Assembly: GCA_965215195.1 (NCBI GenBank)
Contig: CBDCDC010000002.1
Span: forward strand, 2,208,001 to 2,272,000
Length of the DNA stretch: 64,000 bases
Source of the DNA: Candidatus Latescibacterota bacterium
Lineage (GTDB): Bacteria > Latescibacterota > UBA2968 > UBA8231
Reading direction: 5' to 3'
Of the stretch, positions 54,721 through 64,000 are shown piece after piece. How positions within the stretch are numbered: the stretch's first letter is position 1; each line of letters begins with the position of its first letter. The notes below the pieces were generated by a model. It did no database searches and was not told the origin of the DNA. It saw only the letters and a program-made list of their open reading frames with translations. The translations under genes and the position numbers were made by a program.

Positions 54721-54962
54721 GCGCCTTAAACTTGCGTTTACCAGACTCAATTCATCGTCACATCAAAGAGATCGCTAAACGCGAAGGGGTATCTATCAAC
54801 CAGTTCATATCCACGGCGGTTTCTGAGAAAGTCTCGGCTATTTTGACTGAAGAGTATTTGTTGGGTAGAGCGCGTAGAGCAAAGAAAGGGGCCTTGAGAA
54901 GCATACTGGATAAAGTCCCGGACCGGGCTCCCCTGCCAGAAGATACACTCATAGCTGCATGA
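54717..54962 (+). CDS. RHH/HicB-like antitoxin
   Basis: MSALNLRLPDSIH...EGVSINQFI..AVSEK. Confidence 0.85.
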   Translation: MSALNLRLPDSIHRHIKEIAKREGVSINQFISTAVSEKVSAILTEEYLLGRARRAKKGALRSILDKVPDRAPLPEDTLIAA

Positions 54963-54972
54963 CGACTGCCTT

Positions 54973-55179
54973 CTAAGGCCCGCACCGGCGCGATCCGGGC
55001 GAGGCAAAAGGCGGCTCGCCGTGCTTGTGAAAGCGGTCGGTCTCCAGTTGGCCGAGAACCCAGATGGCCATGAGCATACAGCCCGCCAGCCCAACCGCTA
55101 GGCCGCCGACGTTGATCAGCGCGTAGAGCCGGTGGCGGGTTAGATGGCGGGCGGCGATGTGCAGATAGCTCTTGAACAT
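54973..55179 (-). pseudogene. N-terminal fragment of a MacB-type ABC permease
   Basis: MFKSYLHIAARHL...INVGGLAVGLA...DRFHKHG, then similarity is lost. Confidence 0.85.
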
Positions 55180-55218
55180 GGTTAGTACCTTCCTTCTTGC
55201 GCTAAATCGGTGCGATTT

Positions 55219-55336
55219 GTAGGGGATAACGATCGTTATTCCCTACTCGCTGTGCAGCGAGTGGAGCGTTTTTCGAGGGCGAGACGCCCTCGTTCCAAGC
55301 TAACGATCGTTATCCCCTACTCGCTGTGCAGCGAGT
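55219..55336. repeat. REP cluster with 36-bp direct repeat
   Basis: GTAGGGGATAACGATCGTTATTCCCTAC palindrome (55219-55246); CGAGGGC-GAGAC-GCCCTCG (55274-55292); 55227-55262 repeated at 55301-55336 with one mismatch. Confidence 0.8.
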
Positions 55337-57668
55337 CCACTGGATTCGCCCGCGCCGCTCGAATCGCGTGGTATCCCGACACCAGCCAAGTCAGGCCCAA
55401 GGCGATCAGGCCGCCGGCCGAGTAGCTGAGCAAATCGAGTTCAATGCGGTTCACTTCGCTGCGGAGTAACAGTTCCGAGAGCCGGTAGGTGAGGGGCATG
55501 GCGATGACCACGGCGATCAGTACAAGCCGCGTGGACTGGGACGACAGCAGCACGGCCACACTCGCCGTCGAGGCCCCGAGGATCTTGCGCACGGCCACCT
55601 CCTTGGTGCGTCGGCTGATGGCGAGGGAGGCCATGCCGAAGACGCCGAGACAGGCGATCAGGGCCATGAACCCAGCCAGCCAGCGCAGCAGACTAGTGAG
55701 CCTAGAGTGAAAAAAGAAGCGCTCGGCAATATGGTCGTCGAGAAAGCGATAGCTGAAGGGCACCCCGGGCGACAGCCGGTCCCAAGCCGCGCGCAGTTCG
55801 GCGAGGGTCTCGGACACCCCCTCGGGCCGCACCCGCACCAGCACCGTCTCAATGGCACGATCCGGTCGGACACTGAGCACGAGTTCCGGTACGAAGTCGT
55901 TGGGATCATCGTGCTGGAAATCGGAGACCACGCCAATAATCCGCGGGCGGTGCATGCCTTCGAGGTGGGTGCCGACGACCGGTCCCTCCAGCTTGGCCGC
56001 TAGCTGCTGGTTGATGAGTGCTACGCGACCGCTGGCCAGCAGGTCCGGGGGGAAGTCCCCACCCGCGACCAGCTTTAGGCCGAGAGTGTGCAGGAAGTAC
56101 GGAGCCACCTCGATCTCCGCGGCATCTGGTCGCTTCCGGTGGTCGAAGCGAAAGTCACTGGATCTATGGGGGAACTGACTGGAGCCGGACACGGCGAGCA
56201 CACCCGAAAGTGGGAGCACCTCCCGGCGGAAAATCTCGAGAAAGTGCTGCGACTCATGTACGCCGTCTTTGGGCGAGTAGCCCGCAAACGTCGGGATGCA
56301 GACCACGAGCCGCGGGTCGTAGCCTTGGTCCAGAGACGCCCAGTGATCGACCTGCCGGCCCACGACGAGGGCCGTGGTCAAAAACACCGTGGCGGCCACA
56401 AACTGCACAACAACTAAGATGCGGCCGGCACGGCCTCGCACCTCAAGCCTGTCCTGCATAATCTCGACCGGCTGCATCCGCGACTGCACCAGCGCTGGGT
56501 ACGCACCCGCCACGAGCCCCATGACCACGCCGAACCCAGCTAGGGCCATCACCGTCCACGGGGTGTACTGTAGGTCGAGGCGCAGTTCAAACTCTCCGGG
56601 CACCGTCAGCAGACGGTTCAGACCCGGCAGCAAGGTCTCCGTCAGCAGCACGGCAAGCGCCAAGGCGGAGAAGCTGAGCAGAAGGGACTCGGCGAAGTAC
56701 TGGCGCATTAGCTGTCCCCGTCCGGCACCGACCACCTTGCGCACACCCACTTCGTACGCCCTAGTCAGCGACATGCCCGCGGCCAAGTTGGCGTAGTTTA
56801 TGCACGCCAGCAGCAGCACGAGGAAGGCGATGAATCCGACATTGTAGAGCATCGACCTCGCCCCCCTCCCCCCGCTGAGTTGGGGGTGCAGCCGCTTGTC
56901 GAACAGCGGCACGATAACGAGCCTATTGCCCTCCGGCACCTCCATGTACCGGGCCAGATCAAAGGCCAAGGCCGACTCCACGCCCGCGGCATCGGCGATC
57001 TGTAGGTAGGTCTCGCCTGGGCCGGCCCTGAAGTCGCTGGCATCCGCAGTCTGGATTTCCCGGTGGACGAAGGGAATCACCCAGTCGAACCCTAGGCTGG
57101 ACTCGTACGGCGCGTTCTCGGCGACCCCGGTGACGACGAAGTCCCCGCTGATAGCGCGGCCCCCCAGCAGCAAGGTCTGGCCCATGGGGTCGTCCGAGCC
57201 GAACAGCCGCTGCGCCAGCCGCCTCGATAGCACGATCGAGTTCGGCTCGTCGAGGGCCGTGCCCGGATCGCCCGCGATCAGCGGGAAGCTGAACAGCTCG
57301 AAAAATCCGGGGTCGGCGGACAGTCCTGTCGCCGCGGTCTCTTGCCCCCCGTAGCTCAGCAGTCCAGACTCATCTTCCGTACGCACCGAGTGCAGCACAG
57401 CGGGGAGTGTGGCCACCATCGCCGGGCCGAGGCCTCCCGGCACACTCGTCTGGGCCCTTTCCCCCCATTCGGCCGACCATATCATGCAGACTTGATAGAT
57501 CTGCTCGCCCTTGGCGTGGAAGCGGTCCCACGTCAGCAGGCTATGTACGTACAGGCCGACGAAGATGGTCACCGCGAAGGCTGCGGCCAGCCCACACACG
57601 TTGATGGCGGTGTACATCCGGTAGCGGCGCAGATTGCGCCAAGCGATGATCAGGTTGTTGCGAAGCAT
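55317..57668 (-). CDS. MacB/FtsX-type ABC permease
   Basis: ACINYANL...EVGVRKVVGA, RRTKEVAVRKILGA, ANPVDSL. Confidence 0.92.
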   Translation of the reverse strand: MLRNNLIIAWRNLRRYRMYTAINVCGLAAAFAVTIFVGLYVHSLLTWDRFHAKGEQIYQVCMIWSAEWGERAQTSVPGGLGPAMVATLPAVLHSVRTEDESGLLSYGGQETAATGLSADPGFFELFSFPLIAGDPGTALDEPNSIVLSRRLAQRLFGSDDPMGQTLLLGGRAISGDFVVTGVAENAPYESSLGFDWVIPFVHREIQTADASDFRAGPGETYLQIADAAGVESALAFDLARYMEVPEGNRLVIVPLFDKRLHPQLSGGRGARSMLYNVGFIAFLVLLLACINYANLAAGMSLTRAYEVGVRKVVGAGRGQLMRQYFAESLLLSFSALALAVLLTETLLPGLNRLLTVPGEFELRLDLQYTPWTVMALAGFGVVMGLVAGAYPALVQSRMQPVEIMQDRLEVRGRAGRILVVVQFVAATVFLTTALVVGRQVDHWASLDQGYDPRLVVCIPTFAGYSPKDGVHESQHFLEIFRREVLPLSGVLAVSGSSQFPHRSSDFRFDHRKRPDAAEIEVAPYFLHTLGLKLVAGGDFPPDLLASGRVALINQQLAAKLEGPVVGTHLEGMHRPRIIGVVSDFQHDDPNDFVPELVLSVRPDRAIETVLVRVRPEGVSETLAELRAAWDRLSPGVPFSYRFLDDHIAERFFFHSRLTSLLRWLAGFMALIACLGVFGMASLAISRRTKEVAVRKILGASTASVAVLLSSQSTRLVLIAVVIAMPLTYRLSELLLRSEVNRIELDLLSYSAGGLIALGLTWLVSGYHAIRAARANPVDSLHSE

Positions 57669-57670
57669 GG

Positions 57671-58345
57671 TTAGTACCTCCGTTCCTGCTCTATCTTGCC
57701 GTCCAACAGATGCACCACTCGGCTGCCGTAGCCAGCGTTCTTCTCCGAGTGCGTCACCTGCACAATCGTCGTGCCCTCGTCGTTTAGCTCTCGCAGCATG
57801 GCCATCACCTCTTCCCCCTGCTTGGAGTTGAGGTTGCCCGTAGGCTCGTCGGCGAGAATGAGCGTTGGCTGGCCGATTAGGGCGCGCGCCACGCCCACGC
57901 GCTGCTGCTCGCCGCCGGAAAGCTGGTGCGGGAACAGGTCCTTTTTGGCCACCATCTGGAAGCGGTCGAGCAACTCGCTCACCCGCCCCTTGCGCTCGGC
58001 ACCTTTTACCTTTTGGTAGAGCAGTGGCATCTCCAGGTTTTCGTACACCGTCTGCTCGTCGATCAGGTGATAGGCTTGAAAGACGAAACCAATGTGCTGC
58101 CGATGCACTTCCGTGCGCTCCTTCTCCCCCATCCCGCTGACCTCTTCGCCGAGAAACCGATACGAGCCGGCCGTCGGCTCATCGAGCATCCCCATGATGT
58201 GCAGCAGCGTCGATTTGCCCGCGCCGCTCGGCCCCATAATCGACACGAACTCGCCCTCGGCGACGTTCAGGCTTACGTACCGCAGCACGTAGGTCTTGCG
58301 GGGACCGGATTGATAGTACCTCTCGATGTCGTGCATTTCGATCAT
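57671..58345 (-). CDS. ABC transporter ATP-binding protein (LolD/MacB-like)
   Basis: [27 protein letters not shown]. Confidence 0.95.
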   Translation of the reverse strand: MIEMHDIERYYQSGPRKTYVLRYVSLNVAEGEFVSIMGPSGAGKSTLLHIMGMLDEPTAGSYRFLGEEVSGMGEKERTEVHRQHIGFVFQAYHLIDEQTVYENLEMPLLYQKVKGAERKGRVSELLDRFQMVAKKDLFPHQLSGGEQQRVGVARALIGQPTLILADEPTGNLNSKQGEEVMAMLRELNDEGTTIVQVTHSEKNAGYGSRVVHLLDGKIEQERRY

Positions 58346-58365
58346 GATGTGCCTCCGCGTCTTGG

Positions 58366-60711
58366 TTATTGGGTGTGCAGCGTTTCTATCGGATTGGTCA
58401 GGGCCGCCCGCATCGCTTGGTGACCCACCGTCAGCCCGGCGATCAGGAAGGACAGAGCACCCGACACCAAGAACAGGCCCACGCCGATTTCCACGCGATA
58501 GGCAAACTCCTGTAGCCAGTAGGTGGCCAAGCCGTAGGCAATCGGCACACTGAAGAGGAAGGCGACGGCAACGGGTTTGGCAAAGTCGCGCACCAACATG
58601 GCGGTGAGGCCGCCGGGAGAAGCACCGAACACCTTGCGGATGCCGATTTCCTTGGTGCGCTCTTGGGCAGCGTGTGCCGCCATGCCTAAGAGCCCCACCG
58701 AAGCGACGGCGATAGCTAAAAAGAGGAAGACCGTGAGCGCACGCCCCATCATCAACTCCTCGGAGTAGAGGCTGGCGGCGATCTCTTCAAGGGAATGGCA
58801 CTGGATGGGGCGGTAGGGCGCGATAGCGGCCCACTTGTCGTCAATTACCTCGAGGGCTTCGTCGAGGTGCCCGGGGCGCACCCGTGCGATAATGACGCCC
58901 ACCCATTCAGCGACCTGTTCTATAACGAGGGGCTCTACCTTACTTCGCGGACCGTCGAAGTGGAAGTCCTCGATCACGCCCACAACGTGCGATTCTCCTT
59001 TAGAGGCGGCGATTATCTCGCCCAGCGGCTCCTTCAACCCCAGTATCCTCGCTGCGGTCTCGTTGATGACGACCGCTTGGGCATCGGCTGGTTCGTCGGT
59101 CAGGGCGCGTCCTTGAGCCATGCGCAAGCCCATGATTGCGACGAAGTCGCCATCTACTTGATACGTTCTTATCGTTTGTCCTTCCGCTGTATTATACGCC
59201 ATTTTCGTACCCTCACCTGGTACTGTCATAGAGAGGCTCACCCCAGCGATGCGGCTGTCCTGAAGCAACTCCGTCTTGAAGGACCAAGCCTGATCCACGG
59301 TCAGACCGCGGTTATTGATCACCACAACCTGTTCTGGCGCCGACCTCAAGATGGAGTCCTCGCGGAGGAGGTTCTGGATGTAATCAAGCTGATGCCATAT
59401 CAGCAGCGTCATCGTCAGCAACGCCGTGGTGGCCGTCAACTGCGTCACCACCAAACCCCGACGCAGGCGCACACCGCCCACGCGGCCTCCCCGCACTACG
59501 GTCGCCGGTTGAAAGCGCGCCACGACCCACGCCGGGTACGCACCCGCGACCAGTCCGACCCCCACCGCCAGCACCGCAGCCCCGGCGTAAGTCGAAATCG
59601 TCCAGTGCAAGTAAGGCAACTCAAAATCGGACCCTGTAATGACGGGCAGAAGCAGGCTTATGACCTCTGCCATGGCAACGCCCAGCACCGTCGCCGCAGT
59701 ACTCAACAGCACCGACTCACTCAGGAGTTGGCGCATGAGTTGGCCGCGATGAGCACCGAGAGCTTTGCGTACGCCGATTTCATGAATCCGTCGCCCGGCC
59801 CGCGCTGTCGCCAAGTTCACATAGTTGACGCCGGCGATCGTTAGGACCACCACCGCCAAGATGGCACACAGAGCGAGGTACATGAGGTTGCCCTTTGGGC
59901 CGATGGTGCTGGGCACCTCCGTGTCGAAGTAGATCGATTTCAGGGGTTGCAGCGCGTAGGAATCGGTCGCTTCGGGCAACTCCCTAACCTCCTTGACGAT
60001 GCCGGAAATGCGTGCAGCTACCGCAGCCGCGTCGGCACCGGGCGTTAGCTGCACAAAGGTCTTGAAGGCAGAAGCGTTCCAGCCCATCATTTCCCGGTTT
60101 TCCTTGTAGTTCGTGGCAAAGGAGAGCAGCGCTGAGAACTGGAGCAATGAGTTGGCGGGCGGCTGGCCGACGATGCCGGTGACCTCGCAATCGAATTCCT
60201 CGCCGACGTGGACGACCTGTCCGATGGGATCGCTCTCGCCGAAGAGCCTGTGGGCCAACGGTTCGGTCAGTACCATGGTGTAGGGACGCGACAGGGCCGT
60301 CTTGGGGTCGCCGCGCAGCAGCGGCAAGCTAAACATGTCGAAAACGCCCGTCTCCACCCCACTAACCTTTTCATATATTCCTTCCTTGTCCCTGACCCGA
60401 AGCAGACGCGGCCAAACCGAGCTAAAGCGGATCGCCTCCTCGACTTCGGGCAATTGCTCCTCGAGGGTCGGCCCCAGCGGTCCCGGCAGTGATCCTGTGT
60501 ACTGGGCCCCACCCCAGAAGTCAGGTCCCAGCACGCGGTAAACCCGGTCTTTTTTCTCGTGGAAGTCGCCCACCGCGAGCTGATAGGCGGCGAGCTGGAT
60601 GACCAGTAGGCACAGGCAAAAGCCAATGGCCAAGCCGAAGATGTTGATCGCCGCGTACCCGCGCTCTCGCCACAGGAGGCGCAGCACTGTCGTCAGATAG
60701 TTGCCCAGCAT
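58366..60711 (-). CDS. MacB/FtsX-type ABC permease
   Basis: NYVNLATAR...EIGVRKALGA, RTKEIGIRKVFGA, NPIETL. Confidence 0.92.
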   Translation of the reverse strand: MLGNYLTTVLRLLWRERGYAAINIFGLAIGFCLCLLVIQLAAYQLAVGDFHEKKDRVYRVLGPDFWGGAQYTGSLPGPLGPTLEEQLPEVEEAIRFSSVWPRLLRVRDKEGIYEKVSGVETGVFDMFSLPLLRGDPKTALSRPYTMVLTEPLAHRLFGESDPIGQVVHVGEEFDCEVTGIVGQPPANSLLQFSALLSFATNYKENREMMGWNASAFKTFVQLTPGADAAAVAARISGIVKEVRELPEATDSYALQPLKSIYFDTEVPSTIGPKGNLMYLALCAILAVVVLTIAGVNYVNLATARAGRRIHEIGVRKALGAHRGQLMRQLLSESVLLSTAATVLGVAMAEVISLLLPVITGSDFELPYLHWTISTYAGAAVLAVGVGLVAGAYPAWVVARFQPATVVRGGRVGGVRLRRGLVVTQLTATTALLTMTLLIWHQLDYIQNLLREDSILRSAPEQVVVINNRGLTVDQAWSFKTELLQDSRIAGVSLSMTVPGEGTKMAYNTAEGQTIRTYQVDGDFVAIMGLRMAQGRALTDEPADAQAVVINETAARILGLKEPLGEIIAASKGESHVVGVIEDFHFDGPRSKVEPLVIEQVAEWVGVIIARVRPGHLDEALEVIDDKWAAIAPYRPIQCHSLEEIAASLYSEELMMGRALTVFLFLAIAVASVGLLGMAAHAAQERTKEIGIRKVFGASPGGLTAMLVRDFAKPVAVAFLFSVPIAYGLATYWLQEFAYRVEIGVGLFLVSGALSFLIAGLTVGHQAMRAALTNPIETLHTQ

Positions 60712-60729
60712 GATAATTCCTTTCGCTTC

Positions 60730-60755
60730 GTAGGAGCGGTTCGCGAACCGCCCCT
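60730..60755 (+). repeat. GTAG-family REP
   Basis: GTAGGAGCGGTTCGCGAACCGCCCCT intergenic palindrome; related GTAG copies at 61546-61570 and 49946-49961. Confidence 0.65.
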
Positions 60756-60778
60756 CGCTGCAACGCGGGATTCGCCGC

Positions 60779-61504
60779 TTACGACGCTTCCTGCTCCCGC
60801 TCGATGTTTTCGCTCACGATCCTGCCGTCGAACAGGTGGATGATCCGGTGGGCAAAGTCGGCGTAGGCCGGCGAGTGCGTCACCATCACCACGGTCGTGC
60901 CGTTGCGGTTCATCTCGGTGAGCATCTCCATGACCTCGTCGCCGTGGCGCGAGTCGAGGTTGCCGGTCGGCTCATCCGCCAGCACCAGCTTAGGTTCCGC
61001 AACCAAGGCCCGGGCCACGGCCACGCGCTGCTGCTGGCCGCCGGAAAGCTGGAGCGGAAAGTGCTTCTCGCGGTGGGTGATCTGCATGTGGTCGAGGATC
61101 GACCGCACCCGCTGCTTGCGCTCTTTGACCGGCAGGCCCATGTAGAGCAGAGGCAACTCCACGTTTTCGTGGACGGTCAACTCGTTGATTAGGTTGAACG
61201 ACTGAAAGACAAAGCCGATCGTCCCCTTGCGCAGGTTCGCCCGCATGCGCTCCGAATAGGTGGCCACCTCCTCGTCGAGCAGGTAGTATTCCCCCTCGGT
61301 CGGGTTGTCGAGCAGGCCGAGCAGATTGAGCAGCGTTGACTTGCCGCAGCCCGACGGCCCCATGATGGCGGCAAATTCGCCTTCGGCGATCTCGAGATTG
61401 ACGTTGTCCAAGGCGGTCGTCTCCACCTCCTCGGTCGTGTACAGCTTGCGCAGCCCGACCGTGCGGATCAGGGGCGCGTGGCCGTTTTCAGTGTGCTCAG
61501 TCAT
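60779..61504 (-). CDS. ABC transporter ATP-binding protein
   Basis: [29 protein letters not shown]. Confidence 0.95.
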   Translation of the reverse strand: MTEHTENGHAPLIRTVGLRKLYTTEEVETTALDNVNLEIAEGEFAAIMGPSGCGKSTLLNLLGLLDNPTEGEYYLLDEEVATYSERMRANLRKGTIGFVFQSFNLINELTVHENVELPLLYMGLPVKERKQRVRSILDHMQITHREKHFPLQLSGGQQQRVAVARALVAEPKLVLADEPTGNLDSRHGDEVMEMLTEMNRNGTTVVMVTHSPAYADFAHRIIHLFDGRIVSENIEREQEAS

Positions 61505-61580
61505 GATTTTCGCTCCTTGTTAAGCTGTCCGGTTGAATGGGCCGCGTAGGGGCAACCCTCGTGGCGGCCACGGATCTTTG

Positions 61581-62921
61581 CTAGCGCAACACCAACACGT
61601 CCATGTTTTCGCCAAAGGTCTCGTAGCTCGAAGTAATGACCTGCTCCCCCGGCTCAAGCCCCTCCAGCACTTCGTACACGCGGGGATTCTGGCGTCCGAG
61701 GGCGATAGAGCGGCGCGTGGCCCGGTCGCCAGCAGGGTTGAGCACATAGGCCCAGTGGCCCCCGGTCGCCTGATAGAATCCGCCCCGCGCCACTTGCACG
61801 GTTTCCTCCAGATCGCCCAATTCGAGGCGGATGTGCAAGGTTTGGCCGCGCCGGATGCCCTCGGGTGCCGCCCCCTCAAATACCAGATCCACCTCAAACC
61901 GGCCCTCCTTTACCTCGGGATAGACCTTGCCGATTACCAAGCTGTACGACTCGTCGTCGTTCTGGCCGCGCTGGCCCTGGCCCACGCGGTCGATGTAGTG
62001 CTCGTCAATGGTGGCGCGCACCTTGAAGCCGTCGATCATGTCGATCTGGCCGAGGCGTCCGCCCGCCCCCTTGCTCTCGCCGACCTCGGCTTTGAGCATG
62101 GTTAGCTGCCCGGACACCGGGGCCCGCACCGTCAGGTTGTCGAGCCGGCGGCCGACGATTTCCAAGTTGCGTTCCATGCGCTCCACAGCCGAGACGAGCT
62201 GCACCACTTTGCTCGCCGCCAGCAGCGAGTCTTGGGTCTGGGTCTCCTCGGTCAGGGCCATGCGGCGGACGCTGTACTGGTATTCGTCGCGCAGCCGCTC
62301 GTACTCCTGCCGCGACAGGATGGCCGTCAAGTCTTCCGCCGACAGGCTCTCGTAGCGCTCGAAGTTGCGCTTGTTGACGGCGAGCTGGTACTCGATCTCC
62401 ATCAGTGCCTTGCGCGAGCGCAGCAGGTCCTGCTCCATGGTTAGCTGGCCATCGCGCAACGCCTCCCGGCTGCGCTCCAGTTCGGCTTCTTGTTGCAGGA
62501 CGGTCAGTTCCAGATCCGGGTTGGCAAGCCGCAGCAGGGGATCGCCCGCGGCCACCGAGGCCCCCTCTTCGACAAACACCTGCTCCACTTGGCCGCTCTC
62601 CAAAGCGTCGAGGTACACCGTGTGCAGCGGCAGCACGGTGCCGCGCACCGGGATGTACTCCTGAAACGGACCGGACTCGACCGTTGAGATCGTCAGCCGG
62701 TCGCGCTCGACATTCAGCTTGCGCACCCCTAAATCCGCGAGCAGGGCGTATCCAACGAGCGCACCCAACAGCAACACAGCCGCGCCTAGCCCGATGCGCT
62801 TGGGCGTGAACCGCGGCTTTTCGATTTTGCGGTCCATGCCCGCGCCGCCGCCGGGACGGGTGCTACCGGGGTTGGATTCGGGGGGGTGGTCTTTGGAGAG
62901 CACTTGGACATTTGTGGTCAT
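61581..62921 (-). CDS. Efflux periplasmic adaptor (membrane fusion protein, MacA/HlyD-like)
   Basis: N-terminal TM, GQVEQVFVEEGASV..GDPL, coiled coil, VRAPVSGQL, EVLEGLEPGEQVI. Confidence 0.92.
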   Translation of the reverse strand: MTTNVQVLSKDHPPESNPGSTRPGGGAGMDRKIEKPRFTPKRIGLGAAVLLLGALVGYALLADLGVRKLNVERDRLTISTVESGPFQEYIPVRGTVLPLHTVYLDALESGQVEQVFVEEGASVAAGDPLLRLANPDLELTVLQQEAELERSREALRDGQLTMEQDLLRSRKALMEIEYQLAVNKRNFERYESLSAEDLTAILSRQEYERLRDEYQYSVRRMALTEETQTQDSLLAASKVVQLVSAVERMERNLEIVGRRLDNLTVRAPVSGQLTMLKAEVGESKGAGGRLGQIDMIDGFKVRATIDEHYIDRVGQGQRGQNDDESYSLVIGKVYPEVKEGRFEVDLVFEGAAPEGIRRGQTLHIRLELGDLEETVQVARGGFYQATGGHWAYVLNPAGDRATRRSIALGRQNPRVYEVLEGLEPGEQVITSSYETFGENMDVLVLR

Positions 62922-62964
62922 GGCTAGTTGCGTCCTTGTCTTGTTATGGCCTTATCTCCGAGAT

Positions 62965-62980
62965 AGCAAGATGTATGCCA
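62965..62980 (-). promoter_or_regulatory. Sigma54 (-24/-12) promoter of the efflux operon
   Basis: Minus strand reads TGGCATACATCTTGCT, matching TGGCAC-N5-TTGCW, 43 bp upstream of the adaptor ATG. Confidence 0.75.
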
Positions 62981-63046
62981 TATTCTATATGCTATTGAAA
63001 AACAATGAGATACGTTGAATCGGCCTCTTGGCCGACTCAAGATAGG

Positions 63047-63084
63047 TGTCCGCTGGCGGTACAGGGGTGTCCGCTGGTGATACA
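63047..63084. promoter_or_regulatory. Tandem upstream activator sites for an NtrC-family enhancer-binding protein
   Basis: TGTCCGCTGGCGGTACA and TGTCCGCTGGTGATACA (TGT-N11-ACA), 21 bp apart. Confidence 0.65.
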
Positions 63085-63439
63085 CTTGGGAGAGGCTTCC
63101 CATTGCTGGGGGGCATCGAATACGCGCTTACCGGGCATAATGACGGAGCACCAATAGCCGCCGAATAGGTTGCCAGAACGATTTAGGAGCAGTGTGGATC
63201 GGCTTTATTAGGCTCCGCCGGGGGTATTGGCCCTATTTGATTGGCAAACTGCGGCACCACTCGTCTAGGCCGAACTAGGCTCTCAGGACCTCGGTCTCTG
63301 TCGTCCTCGCCCATCCGTCGCCCTGTAATTCCAAACACCAATTGAACGCAGGTAAGGCCGACAGCCTCTAACCGATGCGCTAGGTGGTCGCGACTCCCCT
63401 GCATGATCGGTATTCCGCGACGCCACCTGCACAGCGAAA

Positions 63440-64000
63440 CTAGCAGCATATCGCTTCTAGGTTTTTTTTGCTATCGTCGCCCGACATGCCAGCGAGCTCG
63501 TGCCTGTCTCTTATCAAAGGATGGAGATCAAGCATTAACGAACGCTCGATCATCTCGCCGCTCGAAATGGTCTGATGGGTTTCGTGAAACGCCATCAGGC
63601 TATGGAGACGCATCTCCTCCGGTATTAAGGGATCCGGCCATATAGAGGCGAGCCAAAATTCGATTAGACACAGTCGGGGATCCTCGTTCTTTTTTACCAT
63701 GTGGGATATAGCCCTATGCCGTTTTTGCGATTCTGCAAACAGATTTTTTGGGTTAAAAAAGTCGTGGTGGTGATACAGGTGATAGCTCTGCGCCTCGGCG
63801 GCAAAGCGCATCTTATACCCATTCCGCATGAGGCGATAGGCCAAATCCCATCCTTCAGAATGGGGCATCTCTTCGTCAAATCCACCGACCTCCTCAAGGG
63901 CGACACGCGGGGCCGACGCATTGTGCGGAGAAAAACTGGTCCAACCGATCGGCGAATCGGGCACTTGGTCAAAGAGCACTTGTACTTGGTCTTGTATCAA
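63440..64000 (-). CDS. Glycosyltransferase family 2, C-terminal part (5' end outside window)
   Basis: NASAPR..LEEVGGFDE....EGWDLAYRL...YHLYH. Confidence 0.8.
   Translation of the reverse strand: MIQDQVQVLFDQVPDSPIGWTSFSPHNASAPRVALEEVGGFDEEMPHSEGWDLAYRLMRNGYKMRFAAEAQSYHLYHHHDFFNPKNLFAESQKRHRAISHMVKKNEDPRLCLIEFWLASIWPDPLIPEEMRLHSLMAFHETHQTISSGEMIERSLMLDLHPLIRDRHELAGMSGDDSKKNLEAICC

Noticed and set aside
63183-63449. 88-aa ORF downstream of the glycosyltransferase
   Set aside because: No recognisable motif or RBS; cannot be supported as a gene
1-64000. CRISPR array, tRNA/rRNA, integrase or intact transposase
   Set aside because: No regularly spaced repeat-spacer pattern, RNA gene signature or recombinase/transposase motif was recognised by eye; covariance-model searches were not run

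Overview
GC-rich bacterial window. The gene mix (PhyH dioxygenases, DUF6785-like membrane protein, FlgD-Ig/CHU_C-tailed secreted proteins, proteins ending in TAVEASSWGRIK, many TA remnants) suggests Candidatus Latescibacterota or a related FCB lineage; this is inference only. Family calls come from reading motifs by eye, with no database searches. Main blocks: (1) 1-7.6 kb metabolic and membrane genes with a TA pair; (2) 7.7-13.3 kb defence hotspot with an RHH-MazF pair and a collapsed type I R-M locus (hsdM/S/R stubs) that still carries an intact ABC-type ATPase plus putative nuclease; (3) 13.6-31.9 kb co-oriented envelope cluster: PPIase lipoprotein, three FlgD-Ig/CHU_C-tailed paralogs, two paralogous putative outer-membrane barrels with acidic Ca-binding-like loops, a GT-C/TPR protein and two tandem-duplicated CBM9-like proteins; (4) PhyH and a sugar ABC transporter; (5) 36.4-41.3 kb four-gene island encoding a PP-loop/PAPS-reductase-like Fe-S protein, SF2 helicase, MORC/GHKL ATPase and HKD nuclease, the best candidate for an undescribed DNA-modification-linked defence system; (6) ABC exporters, more TA remnants, an extended ECF sigma factor and a sigma54-driven MacAB-like efflux cluster. 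Several REP families and a roughly 100-bp TIR-bounded MITE-like element are scattered through the window. No rRNA, tRNA, CRISPR array, integrase or intact transposase was seen.
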